This document shows, one piece after another, positions 1 through 8,821 of a DNA stretch of 27,518 nt. The position numbers were made by a program, and so were the translations under genes. Location of the stretch: IMG/VR virus record IMGVR_UViG_3300025610_000117, positions 1 to 27,518 of that record. One strand, 5' to 3'. The notes under the pieces were generated by a model. The model saw only the letters and a program-made list of their open reading frames with translations, was not told the origin of the DNA and ran no database searches. How positions within the stretch are numbered: position 1 is the stretch's first letter; each line of letters starts with the position of its first letter. This stretch comes from a virus (lineage: Duplodnaviria; Caudoviricetes).

Positions 1-576
1 GCAAGTGTAACACCTCCTACACCACAGTTTGCTGATCCAGACTTAGCTACGCCTGATATGTCAGTAGCATCAGAAATAAAAACAGAGTCTTTGTTATCTC
101 CTAAAGTCGATGTAACTCCTCCTGCAGTTGGAGACCCTTCTGCGGTAGTTAATCGAAAGCTTATGACAGACGCAGAATTTTTAGATATTGCACAGCCAGA
201 TTTTACTGACACTACTAAACGTGGTTTTTTTGGAAAAACATATGACCGTCTTAAAACTTCAGCTACTGAAATGATTCAAGAAGCTCCTGAAAAAGCTATG
301 GACAAATTAGGATCAACAATTACAGACATGCCTTCTCAATTTGCTAGAAGGGCTGTTGGACTTGATCCAGATCCAGTATACAACCAAGTGTCTTACGCTA
401 CTGTTGTGCCAACAATCCAAGAGGCTCCAATGGTAGGCTCACAACCAATGATGGACCCAGTGCAGTATGTAGCTAATAATCAAGAATCTATGGCCTTACA
501 GCCCTTTGGTCTCAACGCTAACATGTATAATGCAGCAACTTACATGAACACAATGCGTAAGTATGGTTTCGCATAA
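1..576 (+). CDS. virion-module protein, 5'-truncated (Pro/Thr-rich; putative internal virion protein)
   Basis: Frame is open from base 1 (ASVTPPTPQF...) to TAA at 574-576; lies in the structural arm. Confidence 0.6.
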   Translation, partial: ASVTPPTPQFADPDLATPDMSVASEIKTESLLSPKVDVTPPAVGDPSAVVNRKLMTDAEFLDIAQPDFTDTTKRGFFGKTYDRLKTSATEMIQEAPEKAMDKLGSTITDMPSQFARRAVGLDPDPVYNQVSYATVVPTIQEAPMVGSQPMMDPVQYVANNQESMALQPFGLNANMYNAATYMNTMRKYGFA

Positions 577-589
577 GGAACAATAACAC

Positions 590-1192
590 ATGAACGAAGA
601 ATACAATCAAATGGTTTTAACGGGTGGAAGACCTGTTCCGGGTCAAAGCCTGACAACAGACCCTTCTAATCCTGCGCCTTATGAGCAAGCCCCAGAGTAT
701 ACTTCAATTCACGAAGCCTCTGAAGAAATCTTTAGCGGTCTTATCGACGAGCAAACCTATAGGGAAGTTATAGGTTTGTTAGCCGATGACGTTCCTGTTA
801 TGGATATTGTACAGACTCTTTTGTTTGCAGGATTTAAAGAAGGTAAATGGAACCCTGATTTGATGCTGATGCTTGTAGAGCCTGTGGCTTATATGCTATT
901 GGCTTTGGCTGAACGTGCAGGAATTGACCCAAAGATCTATCAAGGCGAAGAAGAAGATGAAGCTGATGAGCGTGTGTTTGGTGTTGAATTAAATGCAGAA
1001 AAATTATCACGCATCAAAAAGCTTGCTGCGCTTGGTAAGACGCCTTCAAGTGCTATTACAGAAGAAATGGTAGAAACTATTGAAAATCTTCCGACGCCTA
1101 GTTTGATGGAGCAGCCTCCACAAGAACCAGAACAAGAGCCTGCTTCACAAAGTTTAATGGCTCCACCACCCGTTGAAGAGGAACAAGTATAA
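590..1192 (+). CDS. conserved virion-module protein (putative internal virion protein)
   Basis: AAGGA RBS; RPVPGQSLT..P...PYE motif recalled from marine podovirus structural modules; stop overlaps next start (TAATG). Confidence 0.6.
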   Translation: MNEEYNQMVLTGGRPVPGQSLTTDPSNPAPYEQAPEYTSIHEASEEIFSGLIDEQTYREVIGLLADDVPVMDIVQTLLFAGFKEGKWNPDLMLMLVEPVAYMLLALAERAGIDPKIYQGEEEDEADERVFGVELNAEKLSRIKKLAALGKTPSSAITEEMVETIENLPTPSLMEQPPQEPEQEPASQSLMAPPPVEEEQV

Positions 1193-2583
1193 TGTCTATT
1201 GAACAGTTTGGTGAATCTCTTTTAGGGGATATCCGCAAAAGACGACAAGATGAAGAACGGCGGGCTAGAAGGCGAGCAGACCGCCAAGCGCTGTTGGGCC
1301 TTGGTGTAGGCATTGCTGCTAAAATAGGCAATGAAATGTTGGCTAATAAAACTAAAGATTTTTTAAAACAAGAAGAAAAGTTAGTAGATAACTTAGCTCG
1401 AAATAAATCTACAAACTATGTTGGTCAATTAAATTCATATCGCAATGCAATTACAGCAGGCGGAGATGATTACGCTGCTGGAGATGTAGTAGGCTATGCA
1501 ATGACTAATTTAGGCGGCCTTGATGCCCAAGCAAAAGAAAATTTATCTAACGTGTATATGGAAGATTCAAGAGCATATGATGCTGTAATTCGTAAAGAAA
1601 AACAGCGATTAGCAGAAGAATGGGCAGCTGATTATAATGAAGCTATAGTGTTAGCTGACGAAGTTGCTGATAATGATTCTTTCGAAGCTATGCTTAAATT
1701 AAATGCAAAAAAAGCTAATCCTACTAATATAGGATCATACATAACACGAAAAGTTGCGAGTATGTTTGGTGGCAAATCAAAAGAAGAATTTAAAGAAGAA
1801 GCTTTTGAAGCCATTACTGATGAAATGGAAGACACTGAAAAACTAAATACATTTATGGCGTCTTTCCAAACTTTTGGAGATATGGTAAGGGCGTATGAGT
1901 TTACTGAAGGCGTTTTTCCTGAAGAAGCTTTTAATGAAAACAAAACTACAAAAACTAGCAGCAAAGACGATTTTATACAACAAGGAGATAATTTTTATCG
2001 TATAAAACGAGTAAAAACAGAAAATCTATTAGATCCTACTCAGTCTAGCGATGAAACCATACAGTATTTAGATAAAGATGAAAAAGGAAATCCATTACCT
2101 ATAGTCAGTGACAGCCTTGAAGAAACTTTAGAAAAAAAATTACTAGCAGATTTAACTAAATTTAATCCGGCTCAAATTGCACGTAAAGAATTTTCAGAAG
2201 GTGGATTAACAGAATTTTTAAGACTAACAGAAAAAGCAAATATATCTAATCCACACATGCCTGCAGATTATGAAGAATACCTCAGAGTTGGGCAAATTTT
2301 TAATACTCTACTAACTAAAGGAAAAGGGATTCTCCGTAATGAAGATAGAGGAAGAATTGTGTCTACTATATTTGAAGCAGGCATGACTAATTTAATGACA
2401 ACTAAAATTATAAAAGATCAAATGCAAAACATGACCGAAGAACAACAAAACACAGCCCTGCTAAATATAATGAATAATTTAGAAAACACTGCTAGTACAG
2501 TTCTTGATAAAACAGAATTTCCAGAAGATGATGAATATGGCTTTATTGATTATTCACGAATAGACTCTGCTTTAAATCAATAG
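1192..2583 (+). CDS. putative internal virion (ejection) protein, helical
   Basis: 463 aa; N-terminal charged helix then Gly/Ala hydrophobic stretch (ALLGLGVGIAA); directly upstream of the largest virion gene. Confidence 0.55.
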   Translation: MSIEQFGESLLGDIRKRRQDEERRARRRADRQALLGLGVGIAAKIGNEMLANKTKDFLKQEEKLVDNLARNKSTNYVGQLNSYRNAITAGGDDYAAGDVVGYAMTNLGGLDAQAKENLSNVYMEDSRAYDAVIRKEKQRLAEEWAADYNEAIVLADEVADNDSFEAMLKLNAKKANPTNIGSYITRKVASMFGGKSKEEFKEEAFEAITDEMEDTEKLNTFMASFQTFGDMVRAYEFTEGVFPEEAFNENKTTKTSSKDDFIQQGDNFYRIKRVKTENLLDPTQSSDETIQYLDKDEKGNPLPIVSDSLEETLEKKLLADLTKFNPAQIARKEFSEGGLTEFLRLTEKANISNPHMPADYEEYLRVGQIFNTLLTKGKGILRNEDRGRIVSTIFEAGMTNLMTTKIIKDQMQNMTEEQQNTALLNIMNNLENTASTVLDKTEFPEDDEYGFIDYSRIDSALNQ

Positions 2584-2610
2584 TAATAAAATTTAATGAG
2601 AATATAAAAT

Positions 2611-5600
2611 ATGTCTAGAATTGTGCTAACACCTGACGGTCAGAGTCTTATTGGCGTTCCTGATAATGTTTCTGATGAAGAAGCAATTCAAAATTATTTA
2701 AAAGTTAAAAATAATGGCGTTACTGATTTTACAGTCCCAAAGCCAGAAACAGTTGCGCCTGAAGAACCAGAGCTTTTTGTTTCTGAAAAGCCTGTTACAC
2801 CTCAAACAGAGGCTATTATAAAAGATGTGGTTGAAGAAGACCCTAATGTCGTTACAGATATTGTTAGGGGTTTAACGCAATACGGCTCTTTTGTGCCTAA
2901 AATTTTAACAGATGTTTTAGGAACACCAGAAGGTTTTGAAAACCAACAACAGTTTATAGGTCAAACTAGAAAAGCTTTTACTGAATTGGTGACTGATGTT
3001 TTTCCAATCGCTGGGACACCTGAAGACATAGTAACCAAAGAAAACAAAGTAAAAGAAAGGGGAATTGTTGGTACGGGAACTGAAATAGTACCATATATTG
3101 TTGGCGGCGGTATTATCCAAGGAAGTAAATATGCGGCGCAAACCCCAAACTTAGTTCGTGCTGCTGTTGAAGGTACTTTATTAAGTCAGCTGTTTTATAC
3201 TGGAGATAAAGAAGAAACATTTTTTAACGTTTTAGAAGAAAGCAGTAAAGATACTGCTGATGGAACAGCAAAATCTTTAATTGAATTTATGTCTATTGAT
3301 GAAGATGATACTGTGTTGGAGGAAAGAGTAAAACTGCTTGCAGAAAATGCTGTGCTTGGCGGAGGTGGAATGGTCCTTTTAAGACTTATAGAAGGTGCTG
3401 TACCTAAAGCTGTAGAAGCTTTTAAAAAACCCATACATCGGCTTACTGAAAAAGAACAAGTTAAAGCAATTGTAGACGGCTTAAAAATTAATCGTGGCAA
3501 AGCTGCTGATAATTATGATCCTGCAAAAGTTACTGAATACATAAAAATTGATGAGGATGCTGCACAAGTATTTTTACAAAATAAATTTAAACCAGAAATG
3601 CCCTATACGTTTCACAGCGGTCCTCTGCGCCGTTTTATGCAACGAACTTTCACATCTCGTGGATACTGGACACCAAAAGCTTTCAATGCTTTTAACGATG
3701 CAGCCTATGCACAACGACAGATTGTTGCTCAAGCAGAGCATATTTCTAACAGACTTAAAAAATCTTTAGATAATTTAAATAGCAATATTGAAACTAAAGT
3801 GGCAACTGAAAATGTTCAGCGGGCTTTGTCTGAAGATTTAGACTTTCATCCTCAAGTTTCTCAAGAATCTCGAATTAACTTTGTAATGGATAAGTACAAA
3901 GTTACTGAAGAAATTGCTGAAGAAGTTTTAAATGCTCGTAGTCTTATTGATGACTTATCAGGAAAAGTTGTTAACTCAAATCTAGTTTCCCCAGACTTTA
4001 AAGAAACTATTGTCGATAACATGGGGATGTATATTCGTAGATCATATCGCATGTATGAAGATGCTGGGTATCGCCCCTCATCTGCTGCAGTAAAAGAAGC
4101 GACAGAATATTTTAGGCAGCAAGCAAGGAATCAAGGAAAAACTGAGCTAGAAGAAATAGAAGAATTTGCATCTAACAAAGTTCAAGAAGTTTTAAAAAGC
4201 ATAAGCAATATAGATGATAATAAAAAGTTTGAAAGTTACTACGACAAAGTTAGTAGATTAAACAAAAGTATTTTACAAAAACGAGAAGAAATTCCTCAAG
4301 CAATTAGAAACTTGATGGGAGAAATAAAAAATCCTAGTGAAAATATTATTTTGACAGTTTCAAAACTTTCAAGGCTTACAGAAAATAATAGATTTTACAA
4401 CGAGCTTTATCAGCTGGGCAAGGGTAAGTATATTTTCGATGAGTCTAAAAGCAATGTAGGCGCAGATGTTGTTATTAGCGGAACTAACTCTTTTCTAGAC
4501 GGCAAGTTTACTACAAAAGAACAAGTTACTGCTATACAAAACAAAGTAGCTCGACTGTCAGCTTTAGATAATTCTTTTTTTACGGGCTTTGCTAATCTAA
4601 AAGGCATGTCTCAAAAACAAAAAACCGTATATAGCATTACTACACACGCTAGAAACATAACGGGAGGCGCACAGTTTGGTGCGTTTAACGGAATAAATCC
4701 CTTTGCTAATGGTAATACAACAAGACAAGTGTTGTGGAACAGAATTAATAGGGGCGGGGATGCAGAGCTTGATGCTATGTATGAAAAGTATCTTCGTCTT
4801 GGAATTATAAATACTAGCGTAAGAGCTAATGAAACTCGTGAGCTATTGAAAATAGGCGCAGAAGCAGACGCAGATACTTTTATTACTCGTCTAGGTCAAA
4901 AAGCTGTTGGTTATGGTGTGCCTAAAAAGCTAGTAGGAGTAACTGAAGCTGTTGATGATGCATTGACTAGCACATATATGGCTGTTGATGATTTTTATAA
5001 AATTAACATGTTTGAGTCTGAGTTAGCTACTTTTAAAAGGGCCTATCCTAATGAGTCTATAGACGTTTTAGAGGAAGAAAGTGCTTGGCTTGCTCGTAAT
5101 ATGCTTCCAAACTATGATCTTGTTCCTCCTACAATTAAACAACTTCGATATCTTCCTGTAGGTAATTTTGTTTCGTTTCCTGCAGAAATTATGCGTACTT
5201 CTGCAAACATGTTAAAACAGTCTGCAAAAGAAATTGGATCTGGAAATGATGTTATAAGAAGAAGGGGATTACAACGTCTTGCAGGAATAAGCACAGGGGC
5301 CTTTGGATTTACTTTAGGAGCAACGGCAACTTATCAGCTTGCAGGATTTGATTCAGAAGAGCAAAAAGCAATTGAAAGATTAGCGGCAACTCCTTGGTCT
5401 AAAGCGCCCAAGAATGTTGTTCGGATAGATGATAAGTTATATGTAAATGATACTCAGTATATAGATAGTTACAGCGCTGTGAAAGAACCTTTTGCAGAAA
5501 TAGCGCGTCAAATAAAAGAGGGCAAGCTTAAAGGTGAGCAATTAGATGAAAGATTAGGCGATGCTATATATCAAGGCATTACAAATATTTTAGCGCCTTA

Positions 5601-6924
5601 CTTTGGTGAGTCTATGGTAACTGAAGCTATGTTAGATATTCAACAAGCTGCTAGAGGAAGTGGATATACTAAAGAAGGAAAAGAATTATTTGTAGAAGGG
5701 ATGTCTTGGCCTGATAGGGCTGTAGCTTCAATGTATCACTTATTCGAATCTTTTGAACCCGGTACTTATACTTCTTTAAAAAACTTTGCAGACGCTGTAG
5801 GTGGTAAGCAACATCCTGTAACTGGTAAAATTAAAGATCCTTTTATCGAAGCTGCTGGTTCTCTTACTGGTTTTAAGCTTACTGAGTTTGATGCACGAGA
5901 TTCTTTTAGGTACAAAGTAAAAGGATATAAAAGGAAAAAAAATAACATGCTTTTAACATCGCCTTCGTTTGGGCAGTTATCTACTGATATGGTTGAAAGG
6001 TATGTATCACGCCAAGAAGCACTATACAACCTTCAACAAGAACTATACATGGATTATTTAGCGGCTGATACTTTATTGGGTGACACAGCTGGAGCTATTT
6101 TAATTGATAATTTAGGTAAAGACCAAGCTGAAATGATAATGATTGGTACGTTTAAAGAAGATGATCAATTAACAGATAATAAACTTTCAGGCGTTTTTGA
6201 AAAAATGAACATGGATGTAGACAAACACGTTGATTATACCAGCAGAATTATTGAAGCTCAATCAAAAATGTTACTAACGCCTTTAATGAATCCTGATCCA
6301 GACGAAATAGATTTAATATTTAACAGAGATACAGTTAAACTTTTAGATACTTCTATGGAAGGCGTTGAAAACTTACCAACCGAAGACGAAGAAAAAGAAC
6401 GTCTCGGGTATGCTAAAGGCGGTGAAGTCACAGTACCTAATGCACCTGCTGAGCCTGACGAACGTATCGACAAGATGACAGGTCAGCCCTATAACATTCA
6501 AGCTGGGTCGGCTTTTGTAGACGAAGAAGACCCCGAAAAGCGCATGTTATTCAAAGAAGGTGGTTTTGTATCAGAAGCCTTAGGCATCTCTGAAGACGAC
6601 ATTAAATGGGCTAAGAGCCTTAGCAAAAAGTTCCCAGAGAATGAAGAGCTAGATGGTCGTGGTGATGCTGCTCGACACTTAGCCCTTGGATGGCTGGCAA
6701 AACAATCTAAGTATCCATCAGCCGCTAAGTTTGCTGCAAATGCCCGTGAATTTGTAGAGCTAGATGTTAAGGGCGGTCCTATGGATGTTGCCAATAACAA
6801 CAAAGGTTTCAAGATTGATGCTGGCTCACGCGAAGATGCTGAAAAAGAAATTATGAAAATGATTAGAAATAAAGAGGTGTTGTACTACACACCCAAAGAG
6901 AGCAAAGGCAGAAGAGGTTACTAA
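2611..6924 (+). CDS. large internal virion/DNA-ejection protein with C-terminal DUF6973-like domain
   Basis: 1437 aa; position just before lysozyme as in T7-like podoviruses; C-terminal DAARHLALG...MDVANNNKG motif. Confidence 0.65.
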   Translation: MSRIVLTPDGQSLIGVPDNVSDEEAIQNYLKVKNNGVTDFTVPKPETVAPEEPELFVSEKPVTPQTEAIIKDVVEEDPNVVTDIVRGLTQYGSFVPKILTDVLGTPEGFENQQQFIGQTRKAFTELVTDVFPIAGTPEDIVTKENKVKERGIVGTGTEIVPYIVGGGIIQGSKYAAQTPNLVRAAVEGTLLSQLFYTGDKEETFFNVLEESSKDTADGTAKSLIEFMSIDEDDTVLEERVKLLAENAVLGGGGMVLLRLIEGAVPKAVEAFKKPIHRLTEKEQVKAIVDGLKINRGKAADNYDPAKVTEYIKIDEDAAQVFLQNKFKPEMPYTFHSGPLRRFMQRTFTSRGYWTPKAFNAFNDAAYAQRQIVAQAEHISNRLKKSLDNLNSNIETKVATENVQRALSEDLDFHPQVSQESRINFVMDKYKVTEEIAEEVLNARSLIDDLSGKVVNSNLVSPDFKETIVDNMGMYIRRSYRMYEDAGYRPSSAAVKEATEYFRQQARNQGKTELEEIEEFASNKVQEVLKSISNIDDNKKFESYYDKVSRLNKSILQKREEIPQAIRNLMGEIKNPSENIILTVSKLSRLTENNRFYNELYQLGKGKYIFDESKSNVGADVVISGTNSFLDGKFTTKEQVTAIQNKVARLSALDNSFFTGFANLKGMSQKQKTVYSITTHARNITGGAQFGAFNGINPFANGNTTRQVLWNRINRGGDAELDAMYEKYLRLGIINTSVRANETRELLKIGAEADADTFITRLGQKAVGYGVPKKLVGVTEAVDDALTSTYMAVDDFYKINMFESELATFKRAYPNESIDVLEEESAWLARNMLPNYDLVPPTIKQLRYLPVGNFVSFPAEIMRTSANMLKQSAKEIGSGNDVIRRRGLQRLAGISTGAFGFTLGATATYQLAGFDSEEQKAIERLAATPWSKAPKNVVRIDDKLYVNDTQYIDSYSAVKEPFAEIARQIKEGKLKGEQLDERLGDAIYQGITNILAPYFGESMVTEAMLDIQQAARGSGYTKEGKELFVEGMSWPDRAVASMYHLFESFEPGTYTSLKNFADAVGGKQHPVTGKIKDPFIEAAGSLTGFKLTEFDARDSFRYKVKGYKRKKNNMLLTSPSFGQLSTDMVERYVSRQEALYNLQQELYMDYLAADTLLGDTAGAILIDNLGKDQAEMIMIGTFKEDDQLTDNKLSGVFEKMNMDVDKHVDYTSRIIEAQSKMLLTPLMNPDPDEIDLIFNRDTVKLLDTSMEGVENLPTEDEEKERLGYAKGGEVTVPNAPAEPDERIDKMTGQPYNIQAGSAFVDEEDPEKRMLFKEGGFVSEALGISEDDIKWAKSLSKKFPENEELDGRGDAARHLALGWLAKQSKYPSAAKFAANAREFVELDVKGGPMDVANNNKGFKIDAGSREDAEKEIMKMIRNKEVLYYTPKESKGRRGY

Positions 6925-6926
6925 CA

Positions 6927-7352
6927 TTGCAAAGACTTATTGATACTTTAAAGCGTCATGAAGGCGTTAAATATTATGTCTACAAAGACCATCTAGGCTA
7001 TGAAACTATTGGCGTAGGGCGTTGTATTAAACAAAACGTAGGTCTAGGGCTAACACACGACGAAGTAGACTATCTTTTGATGAATGACATTAAGCGTTGT
7101 ATTGAAGAGCTTGATGCAGCCTTTTCGTGGTTCAAAGATCTTACTCAAGTTCGACGCGAAGCAATGGTAAATTTATGTTTTAACTTAGGCCTCACACGCC
7201 TTCGAAAGTTTGAAAATGCACTTGCGGCTATGGCAATCCATAACTACGAGGAAGCAGCAGATGAATTTTTGGATAGCCGGTGGGCTGTTCAGGTTGGTCA
7301 ACGTGCAATAGAAGTAACTGAAATGATTCGCACCGGAGAAACCTATGACTAA
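6927..7352 (+). CDS. endolysin, GH24 (T4-like) lysozyme
   Basis: HEG..YVYKDHLGYETIGVG = catalytic E-x8-D-x5-T; NLCFNLG and DSRWA.QVG.RA motifs; TTG start. Confidence 0.93.
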   Translation: MQRLIDTLKRHEGVKYYVYKDHLGYETIGVGRCIKQNVGLGLTHDEVDYLLMNDIKRCIEELDAAFSWFKDLTQVRREAMVNLCFNLGLTRLRKFENALAAMAIHNYEEAADEFLDSRWAVQVGQRAIEVTEMIRTGETYD

Positions 7353-7635
7353 GAAAAAAGATCCAAGGCTAGAAAGGGCAGGAGTAAGTGGCTATAACAA
7401 ACCGAAACGTACACCCAATCACAAAACAAAGTCACACGTCGTGGTGGCAAAAGAAGGAGACAAAGTTAAAACAATACGCTTTGGTCAGAAAGGCGCGAAA
7501 ACTGCAGGCAAGCCAAAAGCAGGAGAGTCAGCACGTATGAAAGCAAAGCGAAAGTCGTTCAAGGCAAGACACGCTAAAAACATAGCCAAAGGAAAAATGT
7601 CAGCGGCTTACTGGGCTGACCGTGTAAAATGGTAG
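7345..7635 (+). CDS. small highly basic conserved phage protein
   Basis: Lys/Arg-rich; IRFGQKG...SFKARH...SAAYWA motif seen in marine phages; GGAG RBS. Confidence 0.75.
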   Translation: MTKKKDPRLERAGVSGYNKPKRTPNHKTKSHVVVAKEGDKVKTIRFGQKGAKTAGKPKAGESARMKAKRKSFKARHAKNIAKGKMSAAYWADRVKW

Positions 7636-7820
7636 TAGATTTATTTACAAAGCATCCAAAGTCTGCTAATGAAACATATTGGCAGCATCTAAAGCGAGCA
7701 GCTATGCTTTCTGGATGGTTGTTCTTGGGAGGTCTTGTATGTGCAGTTCATGCAGTCTTTCCTTTTTTATTCACTCAAACTGCAAGTAAGATAGTATGTA
7801 AATTATATACTAAATACTAA
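7629..7820 (+). CDS. small membrane protein, DUF6356-like
   Basis: FTKHP.S.NETYWQH...VHAVFPFLF..TAS motif; one hydrophobic helix. Confidence 0.7.
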   Translation: MVVDLFTKHPKSANETYWQHLKRAAMLSGWLFLGGLVCAVHAVFPFLFTQTASKIVCKLYTKY

Positions 7821-7834
7821 GCCGTGAGTTAAAA

Positions 7835-8029
7835 ATGACAGCAAAGAAAAAAACAAAGACAAAATCTCGTGTCAACGAAGCAGGCAACTACACCAAGCCT
7901 ACTATGCGTAAGCGCCTCTTCAACAAGATAAAGGCTGGTTCAAAGGGTGGTAAAGCTGGTCAGTGGTCAGCCCGTAAAGCTCAAATGCTTGCTAAAGAGT
8001 ATAAGGCTGCAGGTGGAGGTTACAAATAA
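7835..8029 (+). CDS. basic protein, N-terminal half of DUF5872-like family
   Basis: YTKP..R......AGSKGG..GQWSARKAQ.LA.EYK..GGGY motif. Confidence 0.75.
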   Translation: MTAKKKTKTKSRVNEAGNYTKPTMRKRLFNKIKAGSKGGKAGQWSARKAQMLAKEYKAAGGGYK

Positions 8030-8280
8030 TGGCTCTCAAAAAGTCTCAGAAGTCTCTTAAGGCTTGGACAAAACAAAAGTGGCGTACTAAGTCGGGCAAG
8101 AAATCCAGTAAAACTGGTGAGCGTTATCTACCTGAAAAGGCTATCAAGTCTTTGTCAGCTAAAGAATACGCCGCTACTACCCGCAAAAAACGCGAAGATA
8201 CAAAAAAGGGCAAACAACACAGCAAGCAGCCGAAGAAGATTGCCCAAAAGACTCGAAGGTATAGATCTAAAAAGTCCTAG
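8029..8280 (+). CDS. basic protein, C-terminal half of DUF5872-like family
   Basis: QKSLK.WTKQ.W.TK.G....RYLP.KA..LS motif; GGAGG RBS; TAATG coupling. Confidence 0.75.
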   Translation: MALKKSQKSLKAWTKQKWRTKSGKKSSKTGERYLPEKAIKSLSAKEYAATTRKKREDTKKGKQHSKQPKKIAQKTRRYRSKKS

Positions 8281-8503
8281 TGTTCAACGCATCTAGTTCT
8301 CTTTCGATCTTTTCATGTAACCCTTCGAGATGATAAAGAGCCTGCTCAAGAACTGTTGTAATTATTTTTTGTTCTTCAGGCTCTTTAAATAATTTGTCTA
8401 CCTCATTCTTTGGAATCTTATTAAACTCAGTCATCAAGTTTCCAGAAGCATCAAAGAAAATCCTAAAACCGACAAGGTTCCCTTCCTGTTTATTACTAGC
8501 CAT
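8267..8503 (-). CDS. hypothetical phage protein (78 aa)
   Basis: ATG at 8503 (MASNKQEG) overlapping upstream stop; last gene of - arm. Confidence 0.65.
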   Translation of the reverse strand: MASNKQEGNLVGFRIFFDASGNLMTEFNKIPKNEVDKLFKEPEEQKIITTVLEQALYHLEGLHEKIERELDALNTRTF

Positions 8504-8723
8504 TGCGCGTTTCCATTTCAATACGAACAATGTCTAGCCCGTCAAGATAATCTTTAGACTCTATCAAAAGCTTTAGCTGAGATTCAATTGCCTCGTAAAA
8601 AGCGTCGTGGTCGTGAAAGGCCATAGGGTTACTAATAATAACCTCAACTGCCATTGCGTGTTTTTTTATGTCTGCTTCGTAATAGCTTCTCATTGTCTTC
8701 AGTATTTGGTTTGGATTCAACAT
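8496..8723 (-). CDS. hypothetical phage protein (75 aa, helical)
   Basis: ATG at 8723 (MLNPNQ) with AAGGA upstream. Confidence 0.65.
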   Translation of the reverse strand: MLNPNQILKTMRSYYEADIKKHAMAVEVIISNPMAFHDHDAFYEAIESQLKLLIESKDYLDGLDIVRIEMETRNG

Positions 8724-8820
8724 CTTTTTTATCCTTAAAAATTCTATCCCAGTTAGAGTCAAATTTATTTTTGTTTACTTGGCGAGGGGACGAACCCTTC
8801 CCGCCGTGCCATGCACTCAT
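8644..8820 (-). CDS. small conserved phage protein (58 aa), not in ORF track
   Basis: Manual translation MSAWHGGKGSSPRQVNKNKFDSNWDRIFKD...; WHGGKGS.PR...F..NWDRIF is a recurring phage motif; starts 1 nt after the RNR stop. Confidence 0.7.
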   Translation of the reverse strand: MSAWHGGKGSSPRQVNKNKFDSNWDRIFKDKKDVESKPNTEDNEKLLRSRHKKTRNGS

Positions 8821-8821
8821 A

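Noticed and set aside
1098-6812. Many - strand ORFs opposite the virion genes (and similar shadow ORFs opposite or within RNR, polA, primase and terL)
   Set aside because: Antisense or alternate-frame shadows of long genes, with no RBS or motifs
8781-8805. UUCG hairpin after RNR as an intrinsic terminator
   Set aside because: No U-tract follows on the coding strand, and it lies within a conserved small ORF
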